From positions 57,660,001 to 57,724,000 of the forward strand of contig OX597818.1 in the NCBI GenBank assembly GCA_951406725.2: a DNA stretch of 64,000 nt. The letters run 5' to 3'. Made by a program: the position numbers and the translations under genes. This DNA is from Octopus vulgaris. Its lineage: Eukaryota. Within the stretch, counting starts at the first letter, position 1. Each line of letters starts with the position of its first letter. Positions 11,845 through 25,857 of the stretch are shown here, one piece after another. The notes below the pieces were generated by a model, which saw only the letters and a program-made list of their open reading frames with translations, was not told the DNA's origin and did no database searches.

Positions 11845-12492
11845 GAGTGAGAGAGCAGCGCATGCCATCAAAGTGACACTGGGGTAAAATATACGAAGCC
11901 CAGTATACCCATCATGACTACCCGACTAATAAGGGTACACCAGGCTCATCCATCGCAAGCATATGTGCGCGACTTGGTGGTCTCATATCGAGTTAAACAG
12001 CGCATGAACTGGCAGGTGTTCCCAAAAGTTCCCAAAATCATGAGGGAAAATCCGGAAAAAAGCTTTTGATCGCTTCGGTATATATATATATATATATATG
12101 CGCACGCAGTCACAGAAACACATACAAACACACACACTGAAACATATATATATATATACATATGTACACTTGGTATATATACCAGGTTGACTTTAAGTTC
12201 TATATACACATATTTATACATACATGGTAACTATAAATACGATTCTACAGTGATACCCCTCGCGAAGAGGATTTAACGCTAGACGACATTATTAGGGACA
12301 ATGATGCATCTTCGCACCAAACATCTTTGAAAGAGCAACAAACATCGTATCCGCCATTGATTGCCTTGATATAGATGAATTGTCAAGAATAGGTAATACA
12401 ATGTCATACTTTCTCATGGTATTTCAAGATTATTATTGCATTCCAAAGCATTATCAAATTTCTTTTCTTCTTGGGAATTGATGTATAGTATA

Positions 12493-12786
12493 CTAGCAGT
12501 ATCGCCCGGCGTTGCTCTGGTTTGTAAGGGAAATAAATATATAAGCATTTTTAGAGAGTTATAGCCAAAAAATAGCAAAAAAAATACATTAAAATGGAAA
12601 AACATTATGGTAATTTTTTTTTAAATCGTAGACTCATCGTAGACGCGCGCTAATACCCAGAAGGGCTCGATATGAATCACAACTATAAGATACCCGGTTT
12701 TGGTTAAACTGCACAGCAAATGTGGGAGTAGTTAGGAATCTAAATCGTAGAAGACAGACACACACCTTCACTTTTATATATAAAGA
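12493..12786 (-). mobile_element. Complete short non-autonomous Helitron family A
   Basis: Minus strand A|TC...hairpin...CTAG|T, no clear TSD; internally deleted relative to 1718-2220. Confidence 0.85.
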
Positions 12787-15148
12787 TATAATCATCAATT
12801 CTTAATCGGGTGGGAAAATTTCCTGTACAACATTACATCGTTCGCTAAAGTTAATATCTGATAGAGTCCCTTATCAATTATTTTTCCATGTGAGTGAATT
12901 ACTAAAATGCAAACATTCAACACGATGTACTCGAGTAAAAAATGGTGAGACAAGTGTGCAAATTTGATAATTAAATTAGTAGTATATAGCCTATGAAACC
13001 GCACTAGAAATTTTATCAGTTTTAATGATCTAAACCAGGAAAAAATTCTGTTGAAAAATTGAAAAAAAAAAAAATTAACATATAATTATGCTTTTAATTC
13101 AGCAAGTTATCAAAATGATTTTCCTTTCAAGAACTAAAGTAGTAATTAATTCTTTACAAAAGAAAATAGGATGGGATTTTTCGATAATCTCTTTTTGTCT
13201 TTTTCCGGTTTCAAGTAGTTTTCTGATTTACTCTTCATCGCATTTTAATTATAACTATTGAATTATGATATGGAATTATGATCACAGGTGTAGTTTATTA
13301 ATATTTTTATCCCTCTATATGACTCAATTGTTTATTTTATCTGATTAATTCGAACATAATTAGAATTCTTTTTGTAAAACTTAACGAGAATGGTTTCGTA
13401 AATAACTAATTATTGCTTTCATTCTGGATCAGCTGAATGTTTTTTTTTTCCCATTGGGTAAGTTATTCTTTTATTCATTATCAGAAAAAAAAAATTTGTC
13501 CTAGTGAATTATTTACCCGATTCCATATTTCGAAATTAAATACGGTAGCAAAATTGAAAACTAAAAGAATTATTTGTATTAATTTTACATTAAGCAAAAC
13601 ACAAATTAAACCTATTATTTCGAATATCGATTAAGTATCATCTGCTCAAATTAGGGTTCTTTTGTCAAGCAATATTCAAAATCTTTATTTAGCATCACGT
13701 GTATAGCTCCATTGTACTTGGTGAAATCACCAAAAAATAAAGATACGAAACTAACTAGATTTATCTTATTTAAAGGGAAAAAATTTGACAAGTCAGTCAG
13801 TCACCGGCTGACTCTCGTTGACGCTACACCGAAGAGGCTTGGGAAAAGAAGAAAGAAGAAGAAAGAAGACATGCACCCAACACTAGAGTTGAAGATACCT
13901 CCGAAAGTGGAGGTGGGGCACCACGTCACAACGGTAGAGGAGTAGGGGCCGAAACCGGACGTGGTTCCTCCTGATGATGTCTTGAGCTAACTGGATCCTA
14001 TAAAGGAGCGGTTGTGGTAGCAGACCACGAAACATGGTTGTAATTCCTCCTTCATTTAATGTTATCAACATAAAGCCGCACAAGTATATTGCTTCAGAGT
14101 TGGTATCTAAGAAGATATTTTATAATTTGTGGAACCAGCTGGTTACCTGTATAATGAGAAAGATTACGATCGTAACTGCGGCCAAGCTATTTCTACACTG
14201 TTCATATTAATGGTGATATTTATGTTGCATTGACTATGTTTTTCAGAAATTCCAGTATCTTCCGTTGAGGTTTTAGTCAGAAGACCAGGTGTCCAATGGT
14301 ACTCACTTATTTTCTAACACTAAGCAAATCTCTTCCTATCACAATCTCAAATCTTCTATTCATTTTCAAATCAAAGAATCTTAGGTGCCTGTCTCTTATC
14401 AAATCTTCAGTATTGACTGAATGTAACTCGACATCACGTGCAAAGTTTCACAGTTCATATGATGATTATCACAATAACCTAAATCTACGCAGCAGATTGA
14501 ATGCCAATCCTCGTTAAAAACGCTTTTGGAATCTCCAATGCCTAAATAAATAGAAAAATATCAGAGAAATTCCTTTCCTCAAGGAGCATGAATGCCATTC
14601 TCCGATTAGATGCTTAGCTGCCTGCCGGAAATTAAACCATTTCAGTTTCGCAGAAATAGTGTATGCAAATATATATCCTATTTAAAATATTTTGTTCAGG
14701 GAATAACAGTCATGAGGTTGGTTTCCCTATATCCACCGATAGCAGTGCTTCAACAGGCTTTCGAAATCTTATAACTAGACCCTTCAAAACACATCCATAA
14801 TTATACTGCTATAGATATGTATTCTGTAATATTTATGTGTACATTAAGGTCTATAGATTAAAGACGTATTCAAATCAAAATCCTCTGCAATATCATCCTA
14901 GAAAAAAAAAGGCGGCGAGCTGGCAGAAACGTTAGCACGCCGGGAGAAATGCTTAGCAGTATATAACACCAAAAAAAAAAACCCCCAAATATATGGCACA
15001 CTAGGCATAACAACAACGTGAACTTCCAACCTGTTGTCTCTTGAGGTCTCTGGGTGAGACTTGGAGCCAACTTGTACAGACATAAAGCAAAAGTCAAACA
15101 TAGAATAATAATAATAATAATAATAATAATTATTATTATTATTATTAT

Positions 15149-15201
<53 letters not shown>

Positions 15202-15235
15202 CAACAACAACAACAATAATAATAATAAAATAAAT

Positions 15236-15482
15236 GCGCCCTTTTAAAGCCTAGCCAGGCTCATGGGCTCGGTTTCCCGGTTTCTATGGCGTATGTGTTC
15301 CCCAGCTGGACGGGACGCCAGTCCATGGCAGCGTTACTCATTTTTGCCAGCTGAGTGGACTGGAACAACGTGAAATGAAGTGTTTTGTTCAAGAACACAA
15401 CGCGTCGCCCGGTCCAGGAATCGAAACCACAATCTTACGATCACGAGGCAGACTCCCTAACCACTAAGCCACGCGCGTCTAC
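15236..15482 (-). mobile_element. SINE family C (tRNA head, CORE-like block, V-domain-like block)
   Basis: A box TGGCTTAGTGG, B box TTTCGATTCC, ATGGACTGGCGTCCCGTCCAG block, (TTA)n tail. Confidence 0.75.
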
Positions 15483-15484
15483 AC

Positions 15485-15630
<146 letters not shown>

Positions 15631-16121
15631 ATATATATATATTATTTAGCGATCTGATTTGCTGTAGTTTCTATGGAAGCTACCTGACTGTTTTGTTATT
15701 ACCTTTGAAAGACGTCACTTGAATTGCCATAAATTAGACCAATTAACACACCTCGAAATAAAAAAAAAAATTCTAATCGAATTGTTCGTTAATTTTCTCT
15801 TGGTCATTTGACTTATCAAATGCTAGGTATTTCGTTAATGAACGTTTTTATACATTCTTTCTATTCACACGAGCTAGACACTCCGAGGGGGTGATATAAA
15901 CCTACTCTGCATCGCGGGTTTATTACATATATCGATCGTGCTTCGAATCCCGATGCCTGATAATGTGAACGAACGATAACTATGTAATTCATATGTTGTA
16001 TATACATACATAGAACATACATACGTACATACATACGTACATACATACATACATACATATATATACATACTTACATATACATACATACATATATATACAC
16101 ACACATATAAATATGAATATG

Positions 16122-16159
<38 letters not shown>

Positions 16160-16167
16160 CACATATA

Positions 16168-16234
<67 letters not shown>

Positions 16235-17027
16235 GTGTATATATATATACATACATACATATATATATAGTATATATATACACATATATCTATACATATA
16301 TATATGTATATATATATATATGTACATATTTATATATATATGTATGTTCATATGAGCAGAAATATGTGTGTGTGATATACCTTGATATATATATATGTGT
16401 GTGTGTAGTCTTGCACCGTTCCAAGTCTGCCCAGATATATCAAACTCACTGATATTCTTCTCCTCCTCTCATACGTATGGTATTAGCTAGTCTCACACTA
16501 TAGTACGAAAATAAACAACCATTGTTCTCTTGCATATAATTAGTCACTAGAAAACGACAAATAATATCTGACATATTACATTGTGAAATAAAACGAAATT
16601 TCCTTTAAATGTGTGTTTGTTAATTTTGTCTAATTTTATTCGATAATTTGACGTGAAACTTTCTGTTGTTGAAGATATGTACTACATTGTTAAAATGTTT
16701 GTTGTTAAGATAATTATACCTTAAAGCTAGAAAAAAAAATTATCTTGAAATTTTAAAAGTGTTTACGCTTTTATAAGAAAAATTATCTATACTGAGAAAA
16801 AAAAATTGTAACATCAAATCTATTTATGGTAACAAAAGACGTTTTTCGTAACAAAAGACATAAATTGAAAAAAAAAAATTATTATCAATACCTAGTTTCT
16901 GTTCCACAAATAACAAGACAACGCCTACATCTTCGCTCCATGTTTCAACTGTCGTTAGCAACGTGTTCTTAGAAATGTGGGTTGTAAGTTTGAGCACAAG
17001 GCCAGTAGTTTCTGGAAGGAAAGTTGT

Positions 17028-17187
17028 TAGGAGTGGCTGTGTGGTGAGTAGCTTGCTTACCAACCTCATGGTTCCGGGTTCAGTCCCACTGCGTGGCTCT
17101 TTGGGCAAGTGTCTTCAGCTATAGCCTCGGGCTGACCAAAGCCTTGTGAGTGGATTTGGTAGACGGGAACAGAAAGAAGCCCGTCGT
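17028..17187 (+). mobile_element. SINE family A, 5' half
   Basis: Matches 18155-18320. Confidence 0.8.
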
Positions 17188-17481
17188 AAAACCGTGACAT
17201 ATAGATTGAGCTGTGTTTCATTGTTTAAATATTTCTAAGTTTGATTTCATCGCTTTCTGTCTTTTAATCTACCACAGTTTGTTATTCGTTTATTTTTTCC
17301 AGTGTTTGAACTATGTACAGCGGTCAATATTGGCCCCTGACTACAAGGGTTTAGCAGAAGCGTCGATCCCAGTCCTTACTATTTGTTAGCTCATTTTGCT
17401 ATTATTTCTTTTTCTCGAACTGATAGTTTACAGAAACAAAAACAAAACACTAGTTGCCATGTACATTGAGACGCTAATATT

Positions 17482-17850
17482 CACTCAATCACTCAGTCAG
17501 TCAGTCAGTCACTCACTCACTCACTCAGTCACTCAGTCAGTCAGTCACTCACTCACTCACTCACTCAGTCAGTTAGTCAGTCAGTCAGTCAGTCACTCAC
17601 TCACTCAGTCAGTCAGTCAGTCAGTCACTCACTCACTCACTCACTCAATCACTCACTCACTCACTCACTCAATCACTCACTCACTCACTCACTCAATCAC
17701 TCACTCACTCACTCACTCACTCACTCACTCAATCAATCACTCACTCAATCAATCACTCACTCAATCACTCACTCACTCAATCACTCACTCACTTACTCAC
17801 TCACTCAATCACCCACTCACTCACTCTCTCTCTCACTCACTTACTTACAG
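17482..17850. repeat. Compound (TCAC/TCAG/TCAA)n tetranucleotide array
   Basis: Direct reading. Confidence 0.95.
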
Positions 17851-18154
17851 ACACACACACACACTCTCTCTCTCTCTCTCTCTTACACTCACACACATTT
17901 CCCAAGGCATTGGTACACATGCAGTGTACTTGAAACCAGGTGATTGCTAAGAATCCATCTTATTTACCCGGCGACGCTCGCGTCTGCTTCTGTTCCCTTT
18001 CACTTGTTTTAGGCATTGCACTGACGCCATGCTTGAACACTGTCTCGAAATGTTTAGCTGAAGAACTCGAGCCCAGTAATTATTTATTTTAAGTCTGCTC
18101 CTTACAAATCGTGAAAGCAATAGAAACAGAAATGATTTGAAGAAGATATCCATA

Positions 18155-18548
18155 GGCGCAGGAGTGGCTGTTTGGTAAGTAGCTTGCTTACCAACCACAT
18201 GGTTCCGGGTTCAGTCCCACTGCATGGCACCTTGGGCAAGTGTCTTCTACTATAGCCTCAGGCCGACCAAAGCCTTGTGAGTGGATTTGGTAGACGCAAA
18301 CTGAAAGAAGCCTGTCGTATATATGTATATATATATATGTATGTGTGTGTTTGTGTGTATGTGTTTGTCCCCCTAGCATTGCTTGACAACCGATGCTGGT
18401 GTGTTTACATCCCCGTCACTTAGCGGTTCGGCAAAAGACACCGATAGAATAAGTACTGGGCTTACAAAGAATAAGACCCGGGGTCGATTTGCTTGACTAA
18501 AGGCGGTGCTCCAGCATGGCCGCAGTCAAATGACTGAAACAAGTAAAA
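18155..18548 (+). mobile_element. SINE family A, full length
   Basis: GGCGCAGGAGTGGCTG..GGTTCAGTCCC head, CTTGGGCAAGTG CORE-like block, internal microsatellite, tail GGCGGTGCTCCAGCATGGCCGCAGTCAAATGACTGAAAC. Confidence 0.9.
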
Positions 18549-18871
18549 TATATATATATATATATATATAAAGACTTGAAATTCTTGGCCGTACGCAAAT
18601 CAGATATACGGGGAATTGAAAATTGAGAGTGGCATATTAAAACAGTTGTACTAAATAGTTATTATTTCAATGGCAAAGAATCATGTTAAATGCATAAGTC
18701 TTATTCAACTATGCAATTAAAATCTAATTATATATATAATTTTGGTTTTTAAAACCAACCTAAGTCTGTGTAAGAGCAGGACTTCAGGTTGTATTCTGAA
18801 ATTAGTCGTCACAATTTACATATCCATAAATGCGTGAGAAAAGAAAGCAATGCCCTTTCACGCCACTTAAT

Positions 18872-19108
18872 CTACCTATTTCATTACTACCCACAAGGGG
18901 CTAAACACAGAGAGGACAAACAAGGACAGACAAGCGGATTAAGTCGATTATATCTACCCCAGTGCGTAACTGGTACTTATTTAATCGACCCCGAAAGGAT
19001 GAAAATCAAAGTCGACCTCGGCGGAATTTTGAACTCAAAACGTTACGGTAGACGAAATACCTCAAAGCATTTTGCCCGCATTGCTAACGTTTCTGCCAGC
19101 TCGCAGCC
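18872..19108 (-). mobile_element. SINE family D, one unit
   Basis: TSD-like CGCCACTTAATCTACCT (18861-18877) / CGCCACATAACCTACCT (19113-19129). Confidence 0.85.
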
Positions 19109-19210
19109 CTGTCGCCACATAACCTACCTCGTTCACAACTTTGTTGTTGATTTTCTACTGCTACTTCCCATCGGATTTTTTTCTTATCTACCCTCGTTAT
19201 ACGTAGCGTT

Positions 19211-19599
19211 GTGGAGGCGCAATGGCCCAGTGGTTAGGGCAGTGGACTCGCGGTTGTAGGATCGCGGTTTCAATTCCCAGACCGGGCGTTGTGAGTGTTT
19301 ATTGAGCGAAAACACCTAAAGCTCCACGAGGCTCCGGCAGGGGATGGTGGTGATCCCTGCTGTACTCTTTCACCACAACTTTCTCTCACTCTTACTTCCT
19401 GTTCCTGTTGTACCTGTATTTCAAAAGGGCCGGCCTTGTCACTCTCTGTGTCACGCTGAATATCCCCGAGAACTACGTTAAGGGTACACGTGTCTGTGGA
19501 GTGCTCAGCCACTTACACGTTAATTTCACGAGCAGGCTGTTCCGTTGATTCGGATCAACCGGAACCATCGTCGTCGTAACCGACGGAGTGCTTCCATCC
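19211..19599 (+). mobile_element. SINE family B, full length, young
   Basis: tRNA head TGGCCCAGTGG / TTTCAATTCC; perfect 12-bp TSD ATACGTAGCGTT at 19199-19210 and 19600-19611. Confidence 0.92.
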
Positions 19600-19921
19600 A
19601 TACGTAGCGTTATTTCTTTTACCACTGCTTTTTAGAATGTCAGGCAACGGCTAAAAAATTGACGATGTTCAAATTTCTCGCTATTCATTTTAGCACAACC
19701 GACTCTCGTTTAGTTCATGTCAGTACATCATTCTACTTCCATCGTGTTTACTTGAAACATCCAAATACTTTTCCATTTAGTTCCTTGTTTTGACAATTTA
19801 GACATTGTTTAGTTTCCAAAATAACCTCAAATCTTCATCTCTCCTTTCTTGTACATCTTCTGAACACATGACACATATTGTTCCGCAGTTAACGTCTTTC
19901 TTTTTACCGCCGTATGGTCTC

Positions 19922-20139
19922 TCTTACTCTTTTACTAGGTTTCAGTCATGTGACCGTGGCCATGCTGGAGCACCGCCTTTAGTCGATCAAATCGACCCCA
20001 GGACTTATTCCTTGTAAGCCTAGAACTTTTTTTAACGGTGTCTTTTTTTTTTGCTGAACCGCTAAGTTATGGGGACGTAAACACACCAGCATCGGTTGTC
20101 AAGCGACGTTGGGGGGACAAACACAGAAACACAAACACG

Positions 20140-20190
<51 letters not shown>

Positions 20191-20210
20191 CAGGCTTCTT
20201 TCAGTTTCCG
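19922..20210 (-). mobile_element. SINE family A, 3' part
   Basis: Reverse complement of the family A 3' half. Confidence 0.85.
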
Positions 20211-20276
20211 CATTATTTCTTAGTAACGTTTCTCTTTGAAGATGCTGGTAACTGAGTGGTAACTGCTTTGTTTAGT

Positions 20277-20498
20277 TACTCTCTCTCTTTACTCTTTTAC
20301 TTGTTTCAGTCATTTGACTGAGGCCATGCTGGAGCACTGCCTTTAGTCGAGCAAATCGACCCCAGGACTTATTCTTTGTAAGCCTAGTACTTATTCTATC
20401 GGTGTCTTTTGCCGAACCGCTAAGTTACCCGGACGTAAACACACCAGCATCGGTTGTCAAGCGATGTTGGGGGGGGGGGGTCAAACACAGACACACAA

Positions 20499-20546
<48 letters not shown>

Positions 20547-20708
20547 GACGAGCTTCTGTCAGTTTACGTCTACCAAATCCACTCACAAAGCTTTTGTCGA
20601 CCCGAAGCTATAGTAGAAGACACTTACCCAAGGTGTCACGCAGTGGGACTGAACCCGAAACCATGTGCTTCGTAAGCAAGCTACTTACCACACAACCACT
20701 CCTACGCC
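20277..20708 (-). mobile_element. SINE family A, full length
   Basis: Reverse complement of 18155-18548. Confidence 0.9.
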
Positions 20709-21439
20709 TATGTTCTCAAAATAATTAGGACAATAGTTTCACAGATGATACCCTGCTTAGGTGAATTTTCTTTTGTTTTTCCTGTTGTTATTTATTTGCA
20801 TGTCCGCTATGTCATTTAGTAACACACGTAAGATTTTTGCCTACATATACACCCCACTCTCTCTCTCTCTATCTCCCACTTTATCCTCTCTCTCTCAGGT
20901 TATTTGCTTTATTCTCGTTTATGTCAATGGTATCTTCAAATGGTTGGTTTAATATATAAATGTGTGTGACCAAATGAATAGACAAGCTAAATATGGAAGT
21001 ATCAAGCTACGTCTATTAAAAATGTACGAAAATTGTTTCAATATAGTAAGAAAAAAAAAATCACTTCATGATATATTGCTTTACAGAAACTGTTGATAAA
21101 CGACAGAAACCACCTCAAACAGAAATTTTAACACTACTGATTATGTTCGTATCTCATTAGATATTCAAATGAGATACTTTGCATTGCCTTCCATCTTAAG
21201 AAACATTGACACCTACAGATTAAATATAAACGCAAACTGTAAACAGATTTTGACTAGCATAATCATACTACATAATGCTACAAGCTTGGTGAATGCAAAT
21301 AAATATTTTCCTTCCCAAGTATTTCTCAACTTTTTAAAAAATAATCACCTGCCGTTTTTCATCATTTAGTGATTCCATCTCTTCATTTTCTCTGGGTATA
21401 CATGTGTGCGCTTGCATATACATGCACATATACATACAA

Positions 21440-21495
<56 letters not shown>

Positions 21496-23003
21496 TAGAA
21501 TGGACACACTACACACACATATATATATATATACATTAGAATGGACACACTACACACATATCTAATTCATATGTTTGCTGTTAGAAAATAGAGAGAGAGA
21601 TAAAGAACTTGTAGATAATATATAAGTAATAAGACTAGGAAGTAAAGGGAAGAGACTTCTTTAGATAAATTAGATAAAAAATATTAGGAGTAGGAAAAAG
21701 TTTAGATAATCGCAGTAAATATTTTATCATTATTCTTGTATCTAATATTATGCAAATACACTGTTAACATATGTATATTTATCAATGTAGCAACAAAAAG
21801 TTCACATCTATTATGTAAAACGTAGGAGGGGATCGAACTATGGACGTTACATAATGCTGCGAAAGATTTTTGTCTTTCCATAGGAATGAATATCTTTCTA
21901 TGACGGAAATGCATCAACGGAAACCAATACAATCATTGATACAAATAGACGAAAATATTTTAAAAGCAGAGAACGGCATTGTTCATAAGAAAAAATTTAT
22001 CTATTTTATCATTAAATATTTAATGATTTCTCGATAACAAAACAAACATTTCCGATATTCTATAATTTTTCGAACAAGACGCATTCTTTAATTTATGAGG
22101 AGTGGAAGAATAACAAATTAACCATACACTCTCCAGATGAAAACGTTTCCCAGGCCTTTTGTTGAACAAATTAGAGCTGCGGAAAACAGAAATATTTAGC
22201 TAACCTCAGATATTAAGGTTGGCAAATTAGAACGGGTTCCTTTATTAGATGCAAATAAACATAGAATGTTTTTGTTAGAAACCACTGAAGTTGTAGTTCT
22301 TATTGAAAAGAAAGTTGAATAAATAGTTGAATATTCTGATAGCTATGTTTAAAGACGTTGTAATCCTGATACGTCATAAGTATTTTAAAGGTTCCCGTTC
22401 ATATGAAATAAATTGTTTTAACTGTAGAACTCAATGTGGAAAAAGCGATGAAAGTGTGTACGATATTAGGTTAAAAACCCCTTGGACTGGAAATTTGGAA
22501 GGCTGCCGTGGATGTAGCGAATTCGAAGGGTTACTTTCTTATAATAGTAGAACATCTGTCCTATTTAGAGAAGATATAGGCTTGTGTTGCAGGGGCAGCC
22601 TTTGATTTTTCTAACCAAGCTTCTTTTAGTCAGATATTTAATATGGTATTACTTATAGCTGTATCTACTTTGAATTCTGCCGTTAAAAGTTCAGAATCAT
22701 GCATTAAAGTTTTCCTAAAATTCCTCACACAAATTTTGCGTTGCTCGCGATAAAGACAATCTTCCTTTTAATTGAATTATTTCCCAAGTTATAGGACATT
22801 TGAAGGGGATATAATACGAAAGATGGATGAGGGCGCCTTTTTTTACGAACCTGGCTCAAAGAATCTCTTTTTCATCTTGATGCAGAGATACACATTGTCA
22901 GGCATAACACTTCCACCGCAGTATACCCGAAGGACAAAAACTGAGGAGCAAAATCTAAATTTTACGCTTATGCAGTATGTTATCAATATTATATTTGAGA
23001 TTA

Positions 23004-23395
23004 GGCGGTGAGCTGGCAGAAACGTTAGCACGCCAGATGAAATGCTTAGCAGTATTTCGTCTGTCTCTACGTTCTGAGTTCAAATTCCGCCAAGGCCGAC
23101 TTTTCATCCTTTCGAGGTCGATAAATTAATTACCAGTTACGCACTGGGGTCTATATAATCGACTTAATCCGTTTGTCTGTCCTTGTTTGTCCTCTTTGTG
23201 TTTAGCCCTTGTGGGTAGTAAAGAAATAGGTATTTCGTCTGTCTTTACGTTGAGTTCAAATTCCACTGAGGTCGACTTTCCCTTTCGTCATTTTCGGCTC
23301 AATAAATGAAGTTACAGTTGCCTACTGGGGTCGAACTAATCGACTGGCCCCCCTCTCCCAAAATTTAGGGCCTTGTACCTAGAGTAGAAAAGAAT
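23004..23395 (+). mobile_element. SINE family D, two internal units plus tail
   Basis: TSD AAT(A/G)TTATATTTGA; unit starts at about 23050 and 23230. Confidence 0.88.
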
Positions 23396-24833
23396 GTTAT
23401 ATTTGAAATATATGGATTGCAACAATTTCCGATGTAACAGATTTTGGAGAAATGTAATTAATGAAATAGTTTTTATTCATTTTAATAAGTATGGAATAAA
23501 TTTCACCAAGAGGCAAATTGCAAAACGTGTAAATATTTCAGTTCTAAAATTTGTTGCAATTTATAGGTTTTAACATTTCTTTTCGAAGTTCATATTTTTT
23601 TTTTAAATATTATGTTTGGTGTTTTGAGAAAGAATCAAAATGCTAATTACAACGTTCTAATTTATTTTCCTCGAATCCAAAATAATATTTCAAAACGAAT
23701 CTTGATGTGTTAATTTTTTTTTTCCGTTATCAAATGTAAAGTTAGCATGACGCTTTAAATGGGCAATTTACGTGATTAAACTTGTTATACGTATTCGATA
23801 CTGAAAGTTGTTTAAGACTTTGTACGATTGTTGTATGCTATTTTTTGATTTTAGCAAAAGATAAATTTAATATTCTTCTTGTCAAACATTTTGAAATGAA
23901 AATGTCTTCCGAAATTGCTTATCTAGCCAGGTTGATTATATTCTCATTTACACTGAGATTATTTACGATGTAGAAATACTATTATCTATATAATAAATTT
24001 TTGCTGTAACAGACTAGAGTATTGAACAAATATATATCGGATTAAATATATTTATTGTATACTAAAATGTTCACTAAATCATTATCTTACACAATGATTT
24101 GAGACATTATTGTATTTATATATTGTATTTCCCAACTGAGAGTCTCTATATATATCCAGAAACTTAAGCATATGTGCTATTCATACGACGAAAAGATTCC
24201 AGTTATAATCTTTGTATAATTTGCTGAGAATTTCTACAATATAATTGGCGCTTTAGTGTTTTATACGGAATATTACAACATCTCTGTACATAACGTATTC
24301 AAATTTAATGAAATTAGTATTTAAGAAATGCAAATTCAAATTTGTCTAATGAATATTCCAATATATCTTCAAACAATGACATATATTGGAATTTCTTGAA
24401 GCTATTGTACAGCAACTGCTAATTCTTTCTCCGTGTTATGCAAACATTTCTGCATAGAATTTCTTTTATATCGTTGAAATTACTGAAGAACATATGTAAA
24501 TTATATACGCCAGTGAGATCAAGTATTCCTGCACATAGATATATCGCTCTATAGAAACAATAATATATACTTCTTTGGATAGTAAATAAACATCATAAGC
24601 GACTGACAATATTCTCTGACATGCATAGCCATTTCCATTTCCAAATTACAAACTAATTTATTCAACAAACATTATTTAATGATCCATGGAGCAATATGTT
24701 ACTTCTCAATAGATGGATTTTAGTTTTAAAAATTAGGTAAACTTACATAATGTATATTATTCAAGAAATTCATAATTGAGTTATTGCATTCCATGTAATA
24801 ATTTTGGAAATTTAATAAATGTTTTCTCATAAT

Positions 24834-25180
24834 ATGTATGTATGTATGCATGTATGTATGTATGTATGTTTGTATGTATGTATGCATGTATGCATGCATG
24901 TATGTATGTATGTATGTATGTATGTATGTTTGTTTGTATGTATGTATGTATGTATTTATGTATGTATGTATGTATGTATGTATGTATGTATGCATGTATG
25001 CATGTATGTATATATATGTATGTATGTATGTATGTATATGTGCGTTTGTATGTATGTATGTATGTACGTATGTATGTATGCATGTATGTATGTATGTATG
25101 TATGTGTGTGTGTTTGTATGTATGTATGTATGTATGTATGTATGTATGTGTGTGTGTTTGTATGTATGTATGTATGTATG

Positions 25181-25213
<33 letters not shown>

Positions 25214-25382
25214 GTGTGTGTTTGTATGTATGTATGTATGTATGTGTGTGTGTTTGTATGTATGTATGTATGTATGTATGTATATGTGTGTATGTATGTA
25301 TGTATGTATGTATGTATGTGTGTGTGTTTGTATGTATGTATGTATGTATGTATGTATGTATGTGTGTATGTATGCATGCGTG
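24834..25382. repeat. Compound (TATG)n/(TG)n array
   Basis: Direct reading. Confidence 0.95.
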
Positions 25383-25709
25383 CATCCTTCTCTTTTTTTT
25401 AATATTTGAAGTCTTCATGTATGGAAAGAGTTGGTTTCTAACAAAATGTATAGAAAATAACAAAAACAACCTCACATTTTGAAATTTGAGATACGTCTTG
25501 AAATCCCTTTACAAGTTCCTTCTATGTTTGCTGGTCTGTTTCTTGATTGCATTTAGGGATGTGCATTAGTATGGATGTGAGTATCTATACACGTATCTAT
25601 GCATATATGCATAAAAGTTGCGTTTACTCACTATCTTAAGTACTAGCAACACCAGGTATATTTCGGTATATTTAATGAGAATTTTCTGCATAGACACAAC
25701 GCTTAGTAA

Positions 25710-25857
25710 GCGAATACGACATTACTATCATATCGAGATTAATTAATTTTTGTCTAAATGAATTGTTTCATAAATCAAAATCGCGAATACAACGTTACTA
25801 TAATATCAAGATTAATTAATTTTTGTCTAAAGAAACAGTTTCATAAATCAAAATCGC
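25710..25857 (+). repeat. 73-bp direct tandem duplication
   Basis: GCGAATAC..AAATCAAAATC starts at 25710 and 25783. Confidence 0.85.

Noticed and set aside
11845-12060. Complex sequence abutting (ATT)n (similar cases at 14990-15105 and 50283-50480)
   Set aside because: Probably retroelement 3' ends, but single-copy here with no diagnostic motif
12340-13000. Reading frame apparently continuing across the Helitron at 12493-12786
   Set aside because: Exact removal of the element leaves the two halves out of frame, so it was not used as evidence
13965-14040. CTGATGA followed by GAAAC (similar seeds at 58738, 62512 and 49458-49590)
   Set aside because: No closing stems I, II or III; these are chance matches
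21080-21160. Possible host exon after the TTTACAG acceptor
   Set aside because: No convincing donor site and no recognisable protein
24726-25482. Long ORFs of YI/HT/MYVC repeats (also at 4419-4940, 15989-16452, 17396-17950, 54269-54594, 59593-60027)
   Set aside because: They are translations of stop-free microsatellites, not genes
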